A stretch of DNA of 54,913 nucleotides from positions 1 through 54,913 of IMG/VR virus record IMGVR_UViG_3300025131_000048. One strand, written 5' to 3'. Shown in pieces: positions 36,197 through 44,472 of this stretch (the first letter of the stretch is position 1; every line of letters starts with the position of its first letter). The notes under the pieces were generated by a model. That model was not told where the DNA came from. It worked only from the letters and a program-made list of their open reading frames with translations, and made no database searches. Position numbers and translations under genes: made by a program. This stretch comes from a virus (taxonomy: Duplodnaviria > Caudoviricetes).

Positions 36197-36394
36197 ATGA
36201 CAGTGTTTAAGACAGGCGATTTGGTCCGCAAAAAGCGGATGGAGTGGGACAAGCACACTCTGGGTCTCGTACTGGAACACAACGAAGTCTTAGAAGGGTT
36301 CAACAGGCTCAAGGTCTGTTTTCTTACTGACAACAAGACTGAAATGGTCCTCGCGGACCAGTACGAGGTTGTGAGTAATAATAAACAATTATGA
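36197..36394 (+). CDS. GDLV-family mini SH3-like protein
   Basis: FKTGDLVR...GLVL...VCF...YEVVS. Confidence 0.7.
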   Translation: MTVFKTGDLVRKKRMEWDKHTLGLVLEHNEVLEGFNRLKVCFLTDNKTEMVLADQYEVVSNNKQL

Positions 36395-36561
36395 ATTTTA
36401 AGGTTGGAGATATAGTGCAACACAAGAAATTTAAGCTGCGCTTTCTAATACTAGAAGCAGAATATTGGGGGTACAAAATGGAAAACTTACGAGACAAAGA
36501 AAAAGAAAAATTCCCCCTCCAAGAGGCACACAAAGATTATATACTAATAAGTGAGGCATAA
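36391..36561 (+). CDS. GDLV-family mini protein (56 aa, not in the ORF track)
   Basis: MNFKVGDIVQ...YILISEA; ATGA overlap. Confidence 0.65.
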   Translation: MNFKVGDIVQHKKFKLRFLILEAEYWGYKMENLRDKEKEKFPLQEAHKDYILISEA

Positions 36562-36667
36562 TATCAGAGATGAATAAGTTTTTTTGCAGGTTCTGCGGTT
36601 GGCACAGTCACAAGCAGTGGCACAAGTGTTTGGCATGCGGAAGCGGCGTCCCCCTCAAGGAGCGCAA

Positions 36668-36823
36668 GTGAAAATCGGTGACTTGGTGAAACTTACTGAA
36701 TCCGTGGGGATTATTGTTGAGGTCGCGGAATGGGCAACGCTCGTACAGTGGCTTGACGATGGAACTATTGAAGATATAGAAAACTATTATCCCAAAGAAG
36801 CGGAGGTTATAAGTGAGTCGTAG
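36668..36823 (+). CDS. GDLV-family mini protein
   Basis: AAGGAG SD; GTG start; KIGDLVK...GIIV...VQW...EVISE. Confidence 0.7.
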   Translation: MKIGDLVKLTESVGIIVEVAEWATLVQWLDDGTIEDIENYYPKEAEVISES

Positions 36824-37145
36824 TCCTGCTGACGAAGTAGCGGCAGACTGGGGGTGGGAAGAATTTATCCCCCTTGACGTAAAGCAGGGCGATCTGATTT
36901 GGATGGAGTGTCTGCCGGGAGGAATATGTATTTTTCTCAATAAGCACCCCCACTCGAAACAGCGCGATAACCTCCGCGCAAACTGTGAGTTCAGTGTTTA
37001 TCACGCCGTTGGTGGCCGCATGAGAATACCCGATTATTATTTTATTTCGCTTGACGAAGCCCACCGCTTGGGGTATACTGTAAAGACAGATGAAGAAGAG
37101 TCCCCCAATGATTGGGAGACGACCCCCTACGGAGAACAAAAATGA
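36813..37145 (+). CDS. GDLV-family-like protein
   Basis: GGAGG SD; VKQGDLIW. Confidence 0.55.
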   Translation: MSRSPADEVAADWGWEEFIPLDVKQGDLIWMECLPGGICIFLNKHPHSKQRDNLRANCEFSVYHAVGGRMRIPDYYFISLDEAHRLGYTVKTDEEESPNDWETTPYGEQK

Positions 37146-37333
37146 GAGTGGGCGACATTGTAAAACTTGTCGATAGTCCTTCGATTGAGTGGATGGAAAA
37201 CTATCTTGATAAAACATTTGAGATTCAAGATTTTTTGACTGGTTCGATGAAAATAAAGATGGTAGACACCGACCCCGAGTGGGTTTGGTTCGCGACAAAA
37301 GATAATTTTGAGCTGGTCGAGAGGGAAGAATGA
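37142..37333 (+). CDS. GDLV-family mini protein
   Basis: MRVGDIVK...FELVE. Confidence 0.7.
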   Translation: MRVGDIVKLVDSPSIEWMENYLDKTFEIQDFLTGSMKIKMVDTDPEWVWFATKDNFELVEREE

Positions 37334-37536
37334 ACTTCCGAGTCGGTGACGTTGTACGATGCCGGGGGCACCTCGCGGTAATTGTAGCCCACAAGCTCTA
37401 TGACGCGAAGCGTGACGGCTATGTTCTTGAGTACCTCAATCAAGCTGTTCCCCGCTCAGGCCGTGGGGAAAGAGTGGTACTCTCCGAAAATCTCACCTTG
37501 GTGAGTTCCTCGCAAAAAAACGAAAAAGACGGTTGA
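37330..37536 (+). CDS. GDLV-family mini protein
   Basis: FRVGDVVR...LTLVS. Confidence 0.7.
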   Translation: MNFRVGDVVRCRGHLAVIVAHKLYDAKRDGYVLEYLNQAVPRSGRGERVVLSENLTLVSSSQKNEKDG

Positions 37537-37561
37537 CAGAGGCCCTCAACGATGCTATTAT
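37533..37561 (+). promoter_or_regulatory. Promoter for the tRNA cluster
   Basis: TTGACA-N17-TATTAT. Confidence 0.65.
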
Positions 37562-37585
37562 AGGAGTATGATGGTGATTGGCGAT

Positions 37586-37661
37586 GGACCCATAGCTCAA
37601 CTGGCAGAGCACTGGACTTTTAATCCATTGGTTGTAGGTTCAAGTCCTACTGGGTTCACCA
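37586..37661 (+). tRNA. trnK: tRNA-Lys (TTT)
   Basis: GGACCCA/TGGGTTC acceptor stem, CT-TTT-AA loop, GTTCAAG T-loop, encoded CCA. Confidence 0.93.
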
Positions 37662-37676
37662 ATCAAACAGTTTCAC

Positions 37677-37763
37677 GGCGCGGTGGTGGAATCGGTATAC
37701 ACAGCAGACTCAAAATCTGCCGCCAACTATGGCTTGCGAGTTCGAGTCTCGCCCGCGCTACCA
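37677..37763 (+). tRNA. trnL: tRNA-Leu (CAA)
   Basis: GCAGA-CT-CAA-AA-TCTGC anticodon arm, long variable arm, GTTCGAG, encoded CCA. Confidence 0.93.
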
Positions 37764-37779
37764 ACTTAGGAAAAATATT

Positions 37780-38064
37780 ATGAGTGTAATGGGACCAGAC
37801 GGAAAAATTGGAATTGCGGGAGGCGGCTGGTGGTCGCCCTACGGCGACACCGACGAAGAAATCCAAGAGAATATGAAAACCGGACAGATGCCGAACGCGC
37901 CCGACGCCTTCCGTGCCTCTCCATTCTCTGGGGCCACTGAAAAAAAGAACGAGGATCTCCAGGATTTTCTTGGGAGCATTGGCGCTCTGGGCGGTCCCGC
38001 GAAAGAAGAATACGAGAAGAGAAAAAAGAAGCACCGAGGCCGAAGCAGGCGACGAGGCCGATAA
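37780..38064 (+). CDS. Hypothetical protein with basic tail
   Basis: AGGA SD; MSVMGPDGKIGIAGGGWW. Confidence 0.6.
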   Translation: MSVMGPDGKIGIAGGGWWSPYGDTDEEIQENMKTGQMPNAPDAFRASPFSGATEKKNEDLQDFLGSIGALGGPAKEEYEKRKKKHRGRSRRRGR

Positions 38065-38132
38065 AAGAGAGAAGAGTTAGACGATGCTTATGAACCTAAG
38101 AGAATACTCAGAAATGACCTACACCCCTGCGC

Positions 38133-38209
38133 GGGGCAGTAACTCAGTAGGTCAGAGTAGCGTTCTTATAAAGCGCCGGTCGCGGGTTCAAGTCCCGCCT
38201 GCCCTACCA
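38133..38209 (+). tRNA. trnI: tRNA-Ile (TAT)
   Basis: GGGGCAG/CTGCCCT acceptor stem, GCGTT-CT-TAT-AA-AGCGC arm, GTTCAAG, encoded CCA. Confidence 0.9.
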
Positions 38210-38226
38210 ATATCAAATGAGGAATT

Positions 38227-38382
38227 ATGAAGCGCCGAATATTTGCTGTTGAAGGTGCTGATTATAAATCATACTGGCGACGAGCAACAATAAATCAGAT
38301 ACGTTTAGAAAATCTTAAGAAGCTGTTGGCACGCAATTCACGAGAAAAAGTAGAAATACTCAGAAAGTCAAAAGATGTATGA
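38227..38382 (+). CDS. Small basic protein (51 aa, not in the ORF track)
   Basis: GAGG SD; MKRRIFAVEG. Confidence 0.5.
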   Translation: MKRRIFAVEGADYKSYWRRATINQIRLENLKKLLARNSREKVEILRKSKDV

Positions 38383-38605
38383 AATAGGAGATCTGGTGCG
38401 CCGAGCGAAGGAGCCCGATGGCCGACGTTTCAAAGAAGGTTTTGGAATTGTGGTGAAAACACTCAGGCAAAAAGAAGGATGGGACGAGCCCACTGTTGAA
38501 GTAGATTGGGGCGACGGGTATGTGTTGAGCGCCCCTCTTCGCTGGATTGAAAAATGTAGTTCCATTCCGAAGAGGAGGATAGAATATGCGAGTCAAGCTG
38601 AATAA
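38375..38605 (+). CDS. GDLV-family mini protein
   Basis: YEIGDLVR...GIVV...VEVDW. Confidence 0.7.
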   Translation: MYEIGDLVRRAKEPDGRRFKEGFGIVVKTLRQKEGWDEPTVEVDWGDGYVLSAPLRWIEKCSSIPKRRIEYASQAE

Positions 38606-38927
38606 AAAAGTAATTTGTGCCGATGGATTTAGCGTGTCGGTCCAGGCGAACGAGGGGGCGTATTGTACTCCTCGTCAGGACAGTGCCGAGCAATATACGG
38701 AAGTGGAACTTGGCTTTCCTTCCGCACCCGAAGAACTTATTATGGACTGGATAGAATCTTATGGAGATCCTCCCCCCGACCCTACCGGGGCAGTTTATCC
38801 CTACGTTCCGGTATCTGTGGTCACGAATGTAATTGCAAAGCACGGTGGGATTGTTTCTGGAGAAGTACCACCGGGCATCCCGAGACTGGAGGCAATAAGT
38901 GGAAAATTTAAAATTCCAAGCGGGTGA
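38586..38927 (+). CDS. Hypothetical phage protein
   Basis: VICADGFSVSVQA...YCTPR...EVELGFPS; GAGGAGG SD. Confidence 0.7.
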   Translation: MRVKLNKKVICADGFSVSVQANEGAYCTPRQDSAEQYTEVELGFPSAPEELIMDWIESYGDPPPDPTGAVYPYVPVSVVTNVIAKHGGIVSGEVPPGIPRLEAISGKFKIPSG

Positions 38928-39114
38928 TCTCGTAAAGTTTTTTCCTCACAAGCCTCCTGTCTCCGGTATACCGGAGATTGGGGTGGTGGTGGAAAGCAAA
39001 AAGATTCACCACGCAGAGCGCGGCTATCTATATGAAATTACAACAGTCCAACTGGGAGAGCAACAATATTACCTCCCCTCCTGCGACTTTAAACTAATTC
39101 AGAGAGTGAAATGA
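38899..39114 (+). CDS. GDLV-family mini protein
   Basis: FQAGDLVKF...GVVV...FKLIQ. Confidence 0.7.
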   Translation: MENLKFQAGDLVKFFPHKPPVSGIPEIGVVVESKKIHHAERGYLYEITTVQLGEQQYYLPSCDFKLIQRVK

Positions 39115-39359
39115 AGAAGACTATTATTTTGTTTTTGTTTTTAACCGGATGCGCCCATGTTCATCCGGCAACCTACACCGGGACGTGTCCGACAGATTTT
39201 CCGATTAAGGGGAATGTAGATTCCCTCGTCTACCATACGAGCGGCTCCCCCTATTATATACGCACGCGCGCAGAGATTTGTTTCGAGAGCGAAGAAGCTG
39301 CGGAGCGTCATGGCTACCGAGCCATCCAGAAAAAAAACTGGAAGATTTCTGTTGACTAA
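39111..39359 (+). CDS. Small lipoprotein with Ada-metal-binding-like domain
   Basis: Lipobox LTGC; IKGN...YH...CFESEEAAERHGYRA. Confidence 0.65.
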   Translation: MKKTIILFLFLTGCAHVHPATYTGTCPTDFPIKGNVDSLVYHTSGSPYYIRTRAEICFESEEAAERHGYRAIQKKNWKISVD

Positions 39360-39380
39360 GGAAATACCCCGTGCTATAGT
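39352..39380 (+). promoter_or_regulatory. Early promoter, leaderless
   Basis: TTGACT-N17-TATAGT-N6-ATG. Confidence 0.65.
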
Positions 39381-39386
39381 ATAAGC

Positions 39387-39584
39387 ATGATGAAGATTGG
39401 CGACCTCGTGAAGCTCTCAACCCCCGACAGTGACGACGGGAAGGTGGGGCTATTGCTCCACCAAATCCGCCCGAGGGACCGCGACGAAGTGACTGCATAT
39501 GGAGTACAAATTCTTGGTGAAATAGAAGTCCGCGATTATCTTACATGGGAAGTGGGGATTGTAAAAAATGTTCCAACCCGGTGA
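39387..39584 (+). CDS. GDLV-family mini protein
   Basis: MMKIGDLVK. Confidence 0.7.
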   Translation: MMKIGDLVKLSTPDSDDGKVGLLLHQIRPRDRDEVTAYGVQILGEIEVRDYLTWEVGIVKNVPTR

Positions 39585-39765
39585 TTTGATAAGGTACGGA
39601 GCGGCCCTGGGCATCTTGCTGCGAAAGCTCCAGTGGGATGAATTTGAACAAGAAGATTACCTTAATTGGGACGGAGAGCCCGCGTGGTGGATTCAGTATA
39701 CGAAGCTACCAAACCGCGTGTGGAACTACGAAGAAGAACTAACTCTGGTATCGAAAGGAAATTAG
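39568..39765 (+). CDS. GDLV-family mini protein
   Basis: FQPGDLIR...LTLVS. Confidence 0.7.
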   Translation: MFQPGDLIRYGAALGILLRKLQWDEFEQEDYLNWDGEPAWWIQYTKLPNRVWNYEEELTLVSKGN

Positions 39766-39767
39766 AA

Positions 39768-39974
39768 ATGGAAATTGGAGATAAGGTACAACATTTTAAC
39801 ACCGGGTCAGTTGGCACGGTTCTTGACAGCAGCTACGAGATTGAAAGCCCTCGACAGCAGTTCCTCGTACAGTGGGAGGACGACCGAAGTTTCAGTCGAG
39901 ACTCGTGGGAGCGCACCACGGATTTGTCAATCATTCCGCACATTTACGAAACAAATACTTTTATTTCAGAATAA
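39768..39974 (+). CDS. GDLV-family mini protein
   Basis: MEIGDKVQ...GTVL...VQW...LSII. Confidence 0.7.
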   Translation: MEIGDKVQHFNTGSVGTVLDSSYEIESPRQQFLVQWEDDRSFSRDSWERTTDLSIIPHIYETNTFISE

Positions 39975-40023
39975 AGTTTCTGTCCTTGACTCTCGACCAT
40001 CGGCGTGCTATACTATAAGTACG
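39953..40023 (+). promoter_or_regulatory. Repeated early promoter cassette
   Basis: ACTTTTATTTCAGAATAAAGT dyad, then TTGACT-N17-TATACT-N6-ACGATG. Confidence 0.75.
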
Positions 40024-40233
40024 ATGAAGACTGGCGATTTGGCACGAGTGGTACAGCCCGAGGAGTTGGCGCTTACACCCCCTTATTTGGGGGAACTCTG
40101 TGTCATTGTCACCAGAAAAGATGGGCCGATTGCCCCTCCCTGGTATGAAGTCTGCATCGCTGACAGTCAGACGGGGCAGCAGTACCTTAGACTGATGCGC
40201 GACAACTACCTGGAATTACTCAATGCCTTGTGA
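40024..40233 (+). CDS. GDLV-family mini protein
   Basis: MKTGDLAR...LELLN. Confidence 0.7.
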   Translation: MKTGDLARVVQPEELALTPPYLGELCVIVTRKDGPIAPPWYEVCIADSQTGQQYLRLMRDNYLELLNAL

Positions 40234-40432
40234 GAACTGCCGCAAGAAAGCAAAACGACAGTTCAAAATTATTGAACCGGGCATCGTATATAAAATGAAT
40301 AACACCGACACCGAGGACGAGCGCATAGGAACTTTTTGTACAGCAGCTTGTGCAAAATCATTTGCAGCCTGGATGTACGGGCCGGGACTATCTAAAATGC
40401 CGAAGGGCTGGAAGGTTGAGGAAATTAAATGA
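40223..40432 (+). CDS. Small Zn-binding (TRASH-like) protein
   Basis: CENC...FCTAAC. Confidence 0.6.
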   Translation: MPCENCRKKAKRQFKIIEPGIVYKMNNTDTEDERIGTFCTAACAKSFAAWMYGPGLSKMPKGWKVEEIK

Positions 40433-40620
40433 AAATCGGTGACTTGGTAAGATCGCGGATCGGAAAACACGGTGTGGGAATCATAATAGATACTTATTGG
40501 AACAACGCCAATGGAGACTACAGTGAAATGCGTGTTAGGTGGTTCTCTGAGTGGGCGAATAACAGCGGGTGCCCTTGGTTCCTCACTCGCGATCTGGAGA
40601 TACTCAGTGAAAATCGGTGA
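40429..40620 (+). CDS. GDLV-family mini protein
   Basis: MKIGDLVR...LEILSENR. Confidence 0.75.
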   Translation: MKIGDLVRSRIGKHGVGIIIDTYWNNANGDYSEMRVRWFSEWANNSGCPWFLTRDLEILSENR

Positions 40621-40629
40621 CTTGGTAAA
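40595..40629 (+). repeat. Dual-coded junction repeat (34/35 identical to 41255-41289)
   Basis: TGGAGWTACTCAGTGAAAATCGGTGACTTGGTAAA. Confidence 0.9.
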
Positions 40630-40825
40630 ATATATTGCGGACGAAGACTTCGACGCAGACTTCTACGGAGGGGATATGTTTGGTATCATCGAGGAATTGG
40701 AGTACTACGTCCCGAGCCTTAAATGCTACGAGAAAATTTGGGTTCGATGGCTCGCCAGCGCCAATTTACAGTGGGCAGACTCAGACCACTTGGAAATTGT
40801 CAGCGAAGTGAAAACTTTTATTTGA
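40607..40825 (+). CDS. GDLV-family mini protein
   Basis: GTG start; KIGDLVK...LEIVSEVKTFI. Confidence 0.75.
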   Translation: MKIGDLVKYIADEDFDADFYGGDMFGIIEELEYYVPSLKCYEKIWVRWLASANLQWADSDHLEIVSEVKTFI

Positions 40826-40880
40826 CAATAAAGTTTTGGCCCTTGACTCTCGGCCCCTTCTGGGCTATACTGTAAGTACG
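40811..40880 (+). promoter_or_regulatory. Repeated early promoter cassette
   Basis: AAAACTTTTATTTGACAATAAAGTTTT, then TTGACT-N17-TATACT-N6-ACGATG. Confidence 0.8.
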
Positions 40881-41060
40881 ATGAAGGCTGGCGATTTGGT
40901 AAAGACTACAGGATTTGGCCCCGAGGGCACAACCGACGAGCTTGGCGTGATTGTCAAAGCCGACCCGAGATTCCAGAGAGTTTTTATTGTTTATTTTAAC
41001 AGCGGCGTGCGAATCCCATACGCCGCAGACGGCCTGGTGGTTGTAAATGAAAATCGGTGA
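40881..41060 (+). CDS. GDLV-family mini protein
   Basis: MKAGDLVK...VVVNENR. Confidence 0.75.
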   Translation: MKAGDLVKTTGFGPEGTTDELGVIVKADPRFQRVFIVYFNSGVRIPYAADGLVVVNENR

Positions 41061-41280
41061 CTTGGTAAAGTGGGGCGGTTTGCACTCTCGAAACGAGGGC
41101 TGGTCCGGCGAACGCTCCGACACAGGAATCATTGTGGACGGACCCCGCGACGAAGAGGCAAGAGAGGGTTCCGATGACGAAGACTCCCCCGCGACTTCTT
41201 ACGCTGTTGCGTGGTTCGACGCAAAAACAACATTCTGGCACCTCGATTTCAATTTGGAGTTACTCAGTGAAAATCGGTGA
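41047..41280 (+). CDS. GDLV-family mini protein
   Basis: MKIGDLVK...LELLSENR. Confidence 0.75.
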   Translation: MKIGDLVKWGGLHSRNEGWSGERSDTGIIVDGPRDEEAREGSDDEDSPATSYAVAWFDAKTTFWHLDFNLELLSENR

Positions 41281-41482
41281 CTTGGTAAAGGTAACCCCAG
41301 CCCCAAAGTGGGATATGAACCCCGAAGATCACACCCATATTGGTGTTGTAACTAAACTGGCTCATTCCTTCGACGGATACACAGAGCAGATTGCTCTCCT
41401 TAGTTTTGGGGACCATAATGGAATCTTTCGCACAAACGACTGGAGATTTGAGATTCTCAGTCAAGTAAAAACTTTTATTTGA
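41267..41482 (+). CDS. GDLV-family mini protein
   Basis: GTG start; KIGDLVK...FEILSQVKTFI. Confidence 0.75.
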   Translation: MKIGDLVKVTPAPKWDMNPEDHTHIGVVTKLAHSFDGYTEQIALLSFGDHNGIFRTNDWRFEILSQVKTFI

Positions 41483-41537
41483 CAATAAAGTTTTGCTTCT
41501 TGACTCCGCGCCTGGACCCTGCTATACTATAAGTACG
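41468..41537 (+). promoter_or_regulatory. Repeated early promoter cassette
   Basis: AAAACTTTTATTTGACAATAAAGTTTT, then TTGACT-N17-TATACT-N6-ACGATG. Confidence 0.8.
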
Positions 41538-41738
41538 ATGAAGGTTGGCGATTTAGTAACGATGGACACCCCACTCACACCCGAGAGGCATGAAGTGGGG
41601 ATTATTCAGAAGATAGTTCAGTCTCGACGTTTCGCTGGAACCCGAGCTTGGACCTCGCCGGTCTATCACATTCGCTGGCCCGATGGGGGAATCAGCAATC
41701 AGTACGATAATGAAATCGTCCTAGTTTCAGAGGCTTAG
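41538..41738 (+). CDS. GDLV-family mini protein
   Basis: MKVGDLVT...IVLVSEA. Confidence 0.75.
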   Translation: MKVGDLVTMDTPLTPERHEVGIIQKIVQSRRFAGTRAWTSPVYHIRWPDGGISNQYDNEIVLVSEA

Positions 41739-41740
41739 AT

Positions 41741-42121
41741 ATGGGCTATCGCTCGCAAGTAGTTTTGGCAATCGCCAAAGAAATTCAGCCACACTTCATG
41801 GCTGCTCTGTCGGTTTGCAACGCAGCGACCGTCCTCGTTTTTAATGACGCCGACCGTTTCGACAGAGATTATTATCAGGACGGCACCGGGCACTGGCTCA
41901 TTCATTGGGATTCAATCAAGTGGTACGATTCCTACGAGGAAATTGGTACTATTGAAAAGTTTGTGGATGCTGCGAATGATGACTGCATTGAACTTGGCGA
42001 AGACGAGGGAGACTCCAGCGACTATATTAAATTTGTGCGCGTGGGGGAGGAAACGGGCGATATTGAGCGCCGAGGCTTCGGTTTTGATGATATTCATGCC
42101 TCCACCTCAATTAGCTTCTAA
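41741..42121 (+). CDS. Hypothetical phage protein
   Basis: MGYRSQV...WDSIKWY...FVRVGEE. Confidence 0.7.
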   Translation: MGYRSQVVLAIAKEIQPHFMAALSVCNAATVLVFNDADRFDRDYYQDGTGHWLIHWDSIKWYDSYEEIGTIEKFVDAANDDCIELGEDEGDSSDYIKFVRVGEETGDIERRGFGFDDIHASTSISF

Positions 42122-42176
42122 AAAGTATTTCAAATAAAAGATTGACTTTCCTACAAAAAATGGTTATACTATAGGC
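42121..42176 (+). promoter_or_regulatory. Repeated early promoter cassette (second type), leaderless
   Basis: AAAAGTATTTCAAATAAAAGA-TTGACT-N17-TATACT-N6-ATG. Confidence 0.75.
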
Positions 42177-42413
42177 ATGATGATGAATACAAACACAGAC
42201 ATTCTTGGTTTTGAATCCGACGCGCTACAGCGGTTCACCGAAGCCCGACGACAAGGACAATCTCTACCTCCCGAGGTAGAATCGCTCTTTGATTCGATTG
42301 GGATTTGGTGGGATGAAATCTCGCAAGAATACTTTAGCATGCAGCAGGTTTATACTGATTCGATTAGCGACTTGCTGGCGACTCATGGACCCGAGCCCGA
42401 GCCGGAAAATTAA
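42177..42413 (+). CDS. Acidic hypothetical protein
   Basis: Starts at the predicted +1. Confidence 0.6.
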   Translation: MMMNTNTDILGFESDALQRFTEARRQGQSLPPEVESLFDSIGIWWDEISQEYFSMQQVYTDSISDLLATHGPEPEPEN

Positions 42414-42414
42414 G

Positions 42415-42666
42415 ATGGGTCGTAGACTTTACAAGGTTGGTGCCCTCGTTGAAGCTCGAAATACAAAGTACGAGCGCGGCAAGGGAATCATTCTGGCCGG
42501 CCCCCACGGCGTAAAAAACTATTGGAACGACAATATTATCGAAAACTTTACCGTTCACTGGTTTGACCGTCCCGGCATCATCGACCGCTGGGAATGGAAC
42601 AGAGAGAGCACCCGCAACTTTAAAATGACAAAGAATCAAATTAAAATTCTTAGGGCGTCTGGCTAA
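42415..42666 (+). CDS. GDLV-family mini protein
   Basis: YKVGALVE...GIIL...VHWF...IKIL. Confidence 0.7.
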   Translation: MGRRLYKVGALVEARNTKYERGKGIILAGPHGVKNYWNDNIIENFTVHWFDRPGIIDRWEWNRESTRNFKMTKNQIKILRASG

Positions 42667-42989
42667 TGACAAAGAAACTTCCTGTTATCTCCACGCACCC
42701 ACCTGTTATTCACAGGTCGATTGTGAGCGGCAAGCGTTATGCTATTGGTGGCGAGTGGGTGGAGATTCCCGAGGATGTTACGAGGGACACGCTGCACAAG
42801 TGGATGGTTTGGCGGCAAGATATGCCCAAACCAAAATCCCCGTTGCCGATGGAATGGACCGTCCCCGGCTCTGGAAATCGCCGCTACGTCGTTTCCTTTG
42901 TCGAGGGTCGATGGTCCTGTGAGTGTCAGGGATTTAAATTCCGTCGCGACTGCAAACACATCGAGAACCAAAAAAAGTATTTCAAATAA
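42666..42989 (+). CDS. SWIM Zn-finger protein
   Basis: YVV...WSCECQGF...CKHI. Confidence 0.75.
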   Translation: MTKKLPVISTHPPVIHRSIVSGKRYAIGGEWVEIPEDVTRDTLHKWMVWRQDMPKPKSPLPMEWTVPGSGNRRYVVSFVEGRWSCECQGFKFRRDCKHIENQKKYFK

Positions 42990-43028
42990 AAGATTGACTC
43001 TCGCCCGGTTCTGGGCTATACTGTAAGT
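42973..43028 (+). promoter_or_regulatory. Repeated early promoter cassette (second type), leaderless
   Basis: AAAAGTATTTCAAATAAAAGA-TTGACT-N17-TATACT-N6-ATG. Confidence 0.75.
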
Positions 43029-43241
43029 ATGATGAAGGCAGGCGATCTGGTGAGCTTCAACGCTCCCGATGATAAATTCCACGGTTCCAAGGGCTTGATT
43101 GTCCGGTGCGTGGAAAGCAATATATATCAGCAGGGTCGCCACTACGAAGTTCAAACATTTTGTGGGCATACTATCGTCGCCCTCGATTTTGAACTAGAAC
43201 CACTTGAGAACAAAGTAAGTATCCCGAGGCCTCGACAATGA
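43029..43241 (+). CDS. GDLV-family mini protein
   Basis: MMKAGDLVS. Confidence 0.75.
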   Translation: MMKAGDLVSFNAPDDKFHGSKGLIVRCVESNIYQQGRHYEVQTFCGHTIVALDFELEPLENKVSIPRPRQ

Positions 43242-43423
43242 TTATTGGTGATTTGGTAAAGTACCGGAACACAGGTTTTAGGTCTTGGCTTGGAATTATA
43301 ATCAAGGAAGTGCCCGGTAGTGCAGAATACAAAACGGTGCAGTGGCTAAACACTGACGACGGAAGTCAGGCTAGAGTCACCCACAAACCAGGGGAGTTGT
43401 TCAAACTAAATGAAAATCGGTGA
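43238..43423 (+). CDS. GDLV-family mini protein
   Basis: MIIGDLVK...KLNENR. Confidence 0.75.
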   Translation: MIIGDLVKYRNTGFRSWLGIIIKEVPGSAEYKTVQWLNTDDGSQARVTHKPGELFKLNENR

Positions 43424-43580
43424 CTTGGTAATGCGTACTTATGGTGAAGGCCGACGACCAGTGGCAATCCTTGTGGGTTGGCGTTGGGAAGGTGCGGTGG
43501 TCCAAGTAAGATGGTTGGGCAGCGACGAGACAGAAGAAATCGGTTCTCAATATGTGGAGTTGGCATATGAAGCCCGGTGA
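43410..43580 (+). CDS. GDLV-family mini protein (56 aa, not in the ORF track)
   Basis: MKIGDLVM...VQVRW...VELAYEAR. Confidence 0.7.
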   Translation: MKIGDLVMRTYGEGRRPVAILVGWRWEGAVVQVRWLGSDETEEIGSQYVELAYEAR

Positions 43581-43764
43581 TTTGGTAAAATTTGATTGGA
43601 AGAATACGCCCGCTGGGAGAGGTCCCGATGAAATGGGAATTTGTTTGAAGGTTAGTCAACCAAATCCACTAGAGAAGCCCATCGCAAAAGTGCATTGGTT
43701 CTCGATGAAGCACCCACTTCAGCATTTGACTGAAGTTTTGGAGGTTGTAAGTGAAAATCGGTGA
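43567..43764 (+). CDS. GDLV-family mini protein
   Basis: MKPGDLVK...LEVVSENR. Confidence 0.75.
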   Translation: MKPGDLVKFDWKNTPAGRGPDEMGICLKVSQPNPLEKPIAKVHWFSMKHPLQHLTEVLEVVSENR

Positions 43765-43778
43765 TTTGGTAAGATTTA
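43739..43778 (+). repeat. 40-bp dual-coded junction repeat (identical to 43941-43980)
   Basis: TGGAGGTTGTAAGTGAAAATCGGTGATTTGGTAAGATTTA. Confidence 0.95.
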
Positions 43779-43966
43779 ATGACTCGCCTGACGAACGCGA
43801 CCCCTGCGGGCGGCCTAGCCGCGTAGGTTGCCGTTCTCCCGAGTTGGGAATCATTACAAAAACTGACCCAGGCATGCCTAAACGCTGTCATGTTGAATGG
43901 TTCAGTTGTGACAACCGAGGTTGGTGGAGCTACAAGAATCTGGAGGTTGTAAGTGAAAATCGGTGA
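43751..43966 (+). CDS. GDLV-family mini protein
   Basis: KIGDLVRF...LEVVSENR. Confidence 0.75.
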   Translation: MKIGDLVRFNDSPDERDPCGRPSRVGCRSPELGIITKTDPGMPKRCHVEWFSCDNRGWWSYKNLEVVSENR

Positions 43967-44159
43967 TTTGGTAAGATTTACAGCCGAAAGCTGGGGGACT
44001 CCGCTGGAGGACCGCCCGCTCGGCATTGTGGTTAAAGAACCCTACACTCCCGAAGTCCGCGCCCACCCCGTTGTGGTTGACATTCGGTTCCCCGGCGACA
44101 CCGGGATTTACTCAATTACCCCCAACGACCTGGAGCTTCTCAGTGGCACAAGAAACTAA
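43953..44159 (+). CDS. GDLV-family mini protein
   Basis: KIGDLVRF...LELLS. Confidence 0.75.
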   Translation: MKIGDLVRFTAESWGTPLEDRPLGIVVKEPYTPEVRAHPVVVDIRFPGDTGIYSITPNDLELLSGTRN

Positions 44160-44176
44160 ATATAATTTAACCGGTT

Positions 44177-44244
44177 AACTTTTATTTGAGAATAAAGTTT
44201 TGGAGCTTGACTCCCGTCCGCTTCTGAGCTATACTATAGGTACG
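44177..44244 (+). promoter_or_regulatory. Repeated early promoter cassette
   Basis: AACTTTTATTTGAGAATAAAGTTTT, then TTGACT-N17-TATACT-N6-ACGATG. Confidence 0.8.
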
Positions 44245-44472
44245 ATGAAGGTTGGCGATTTGATTATTTGGGATGAAGAGGGCAACGGTTTTTACTCTGG
44301 AGCCGTCGCGGGGCTGATCATCGAACGAGACGACAGCGACCACGATGAACCTGCGGTGCTGGTACAATTTATTGAGTCTCCTCCGTGTCCCCCGAACTAC
44401 CTGCACTATTACGACAGGGAAATCGAATTGTGGACGAAAGAAGGAACAGTGAGAGTTCAGAGTGCGACGTAA
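44245..44472 (+). CDS. GDLV-family mini protein
   Basis: MKVGDLII. Confidence 0.75.
   Translation: MKVGDLIIWDEEGNGFYSGAVAGLIIERDDSDHDEPAVLVQFIESPPCPPNYLHYYDREIELWTKEGTVRVQSAT

Noticed and set aside
37568-37783. ORF 37568-37783, the upstream extension of ORF 37729 and minus-strand ORF 37663-38034
   Set aside because: They overlap the tRNA-Lys and tRNA-Leu genes.
40429-44159. Junction repeats as a CRISPR array or integron attC sites
   Set aside because: The spacing is gene-sized and irregular, the repeats are coding and non-palindromic, and no cas or integrase gene is in the window.
40836-44244. Track N-termini such as MALDSRPLLGYTVST, MLLDSAPGPCYTIST and MELDSRPLLSYTIGT as a conserved peptide
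   Set aside because: They are translations of the repeated promoter (-35 to -10); the true starts are the downstream ATGs.
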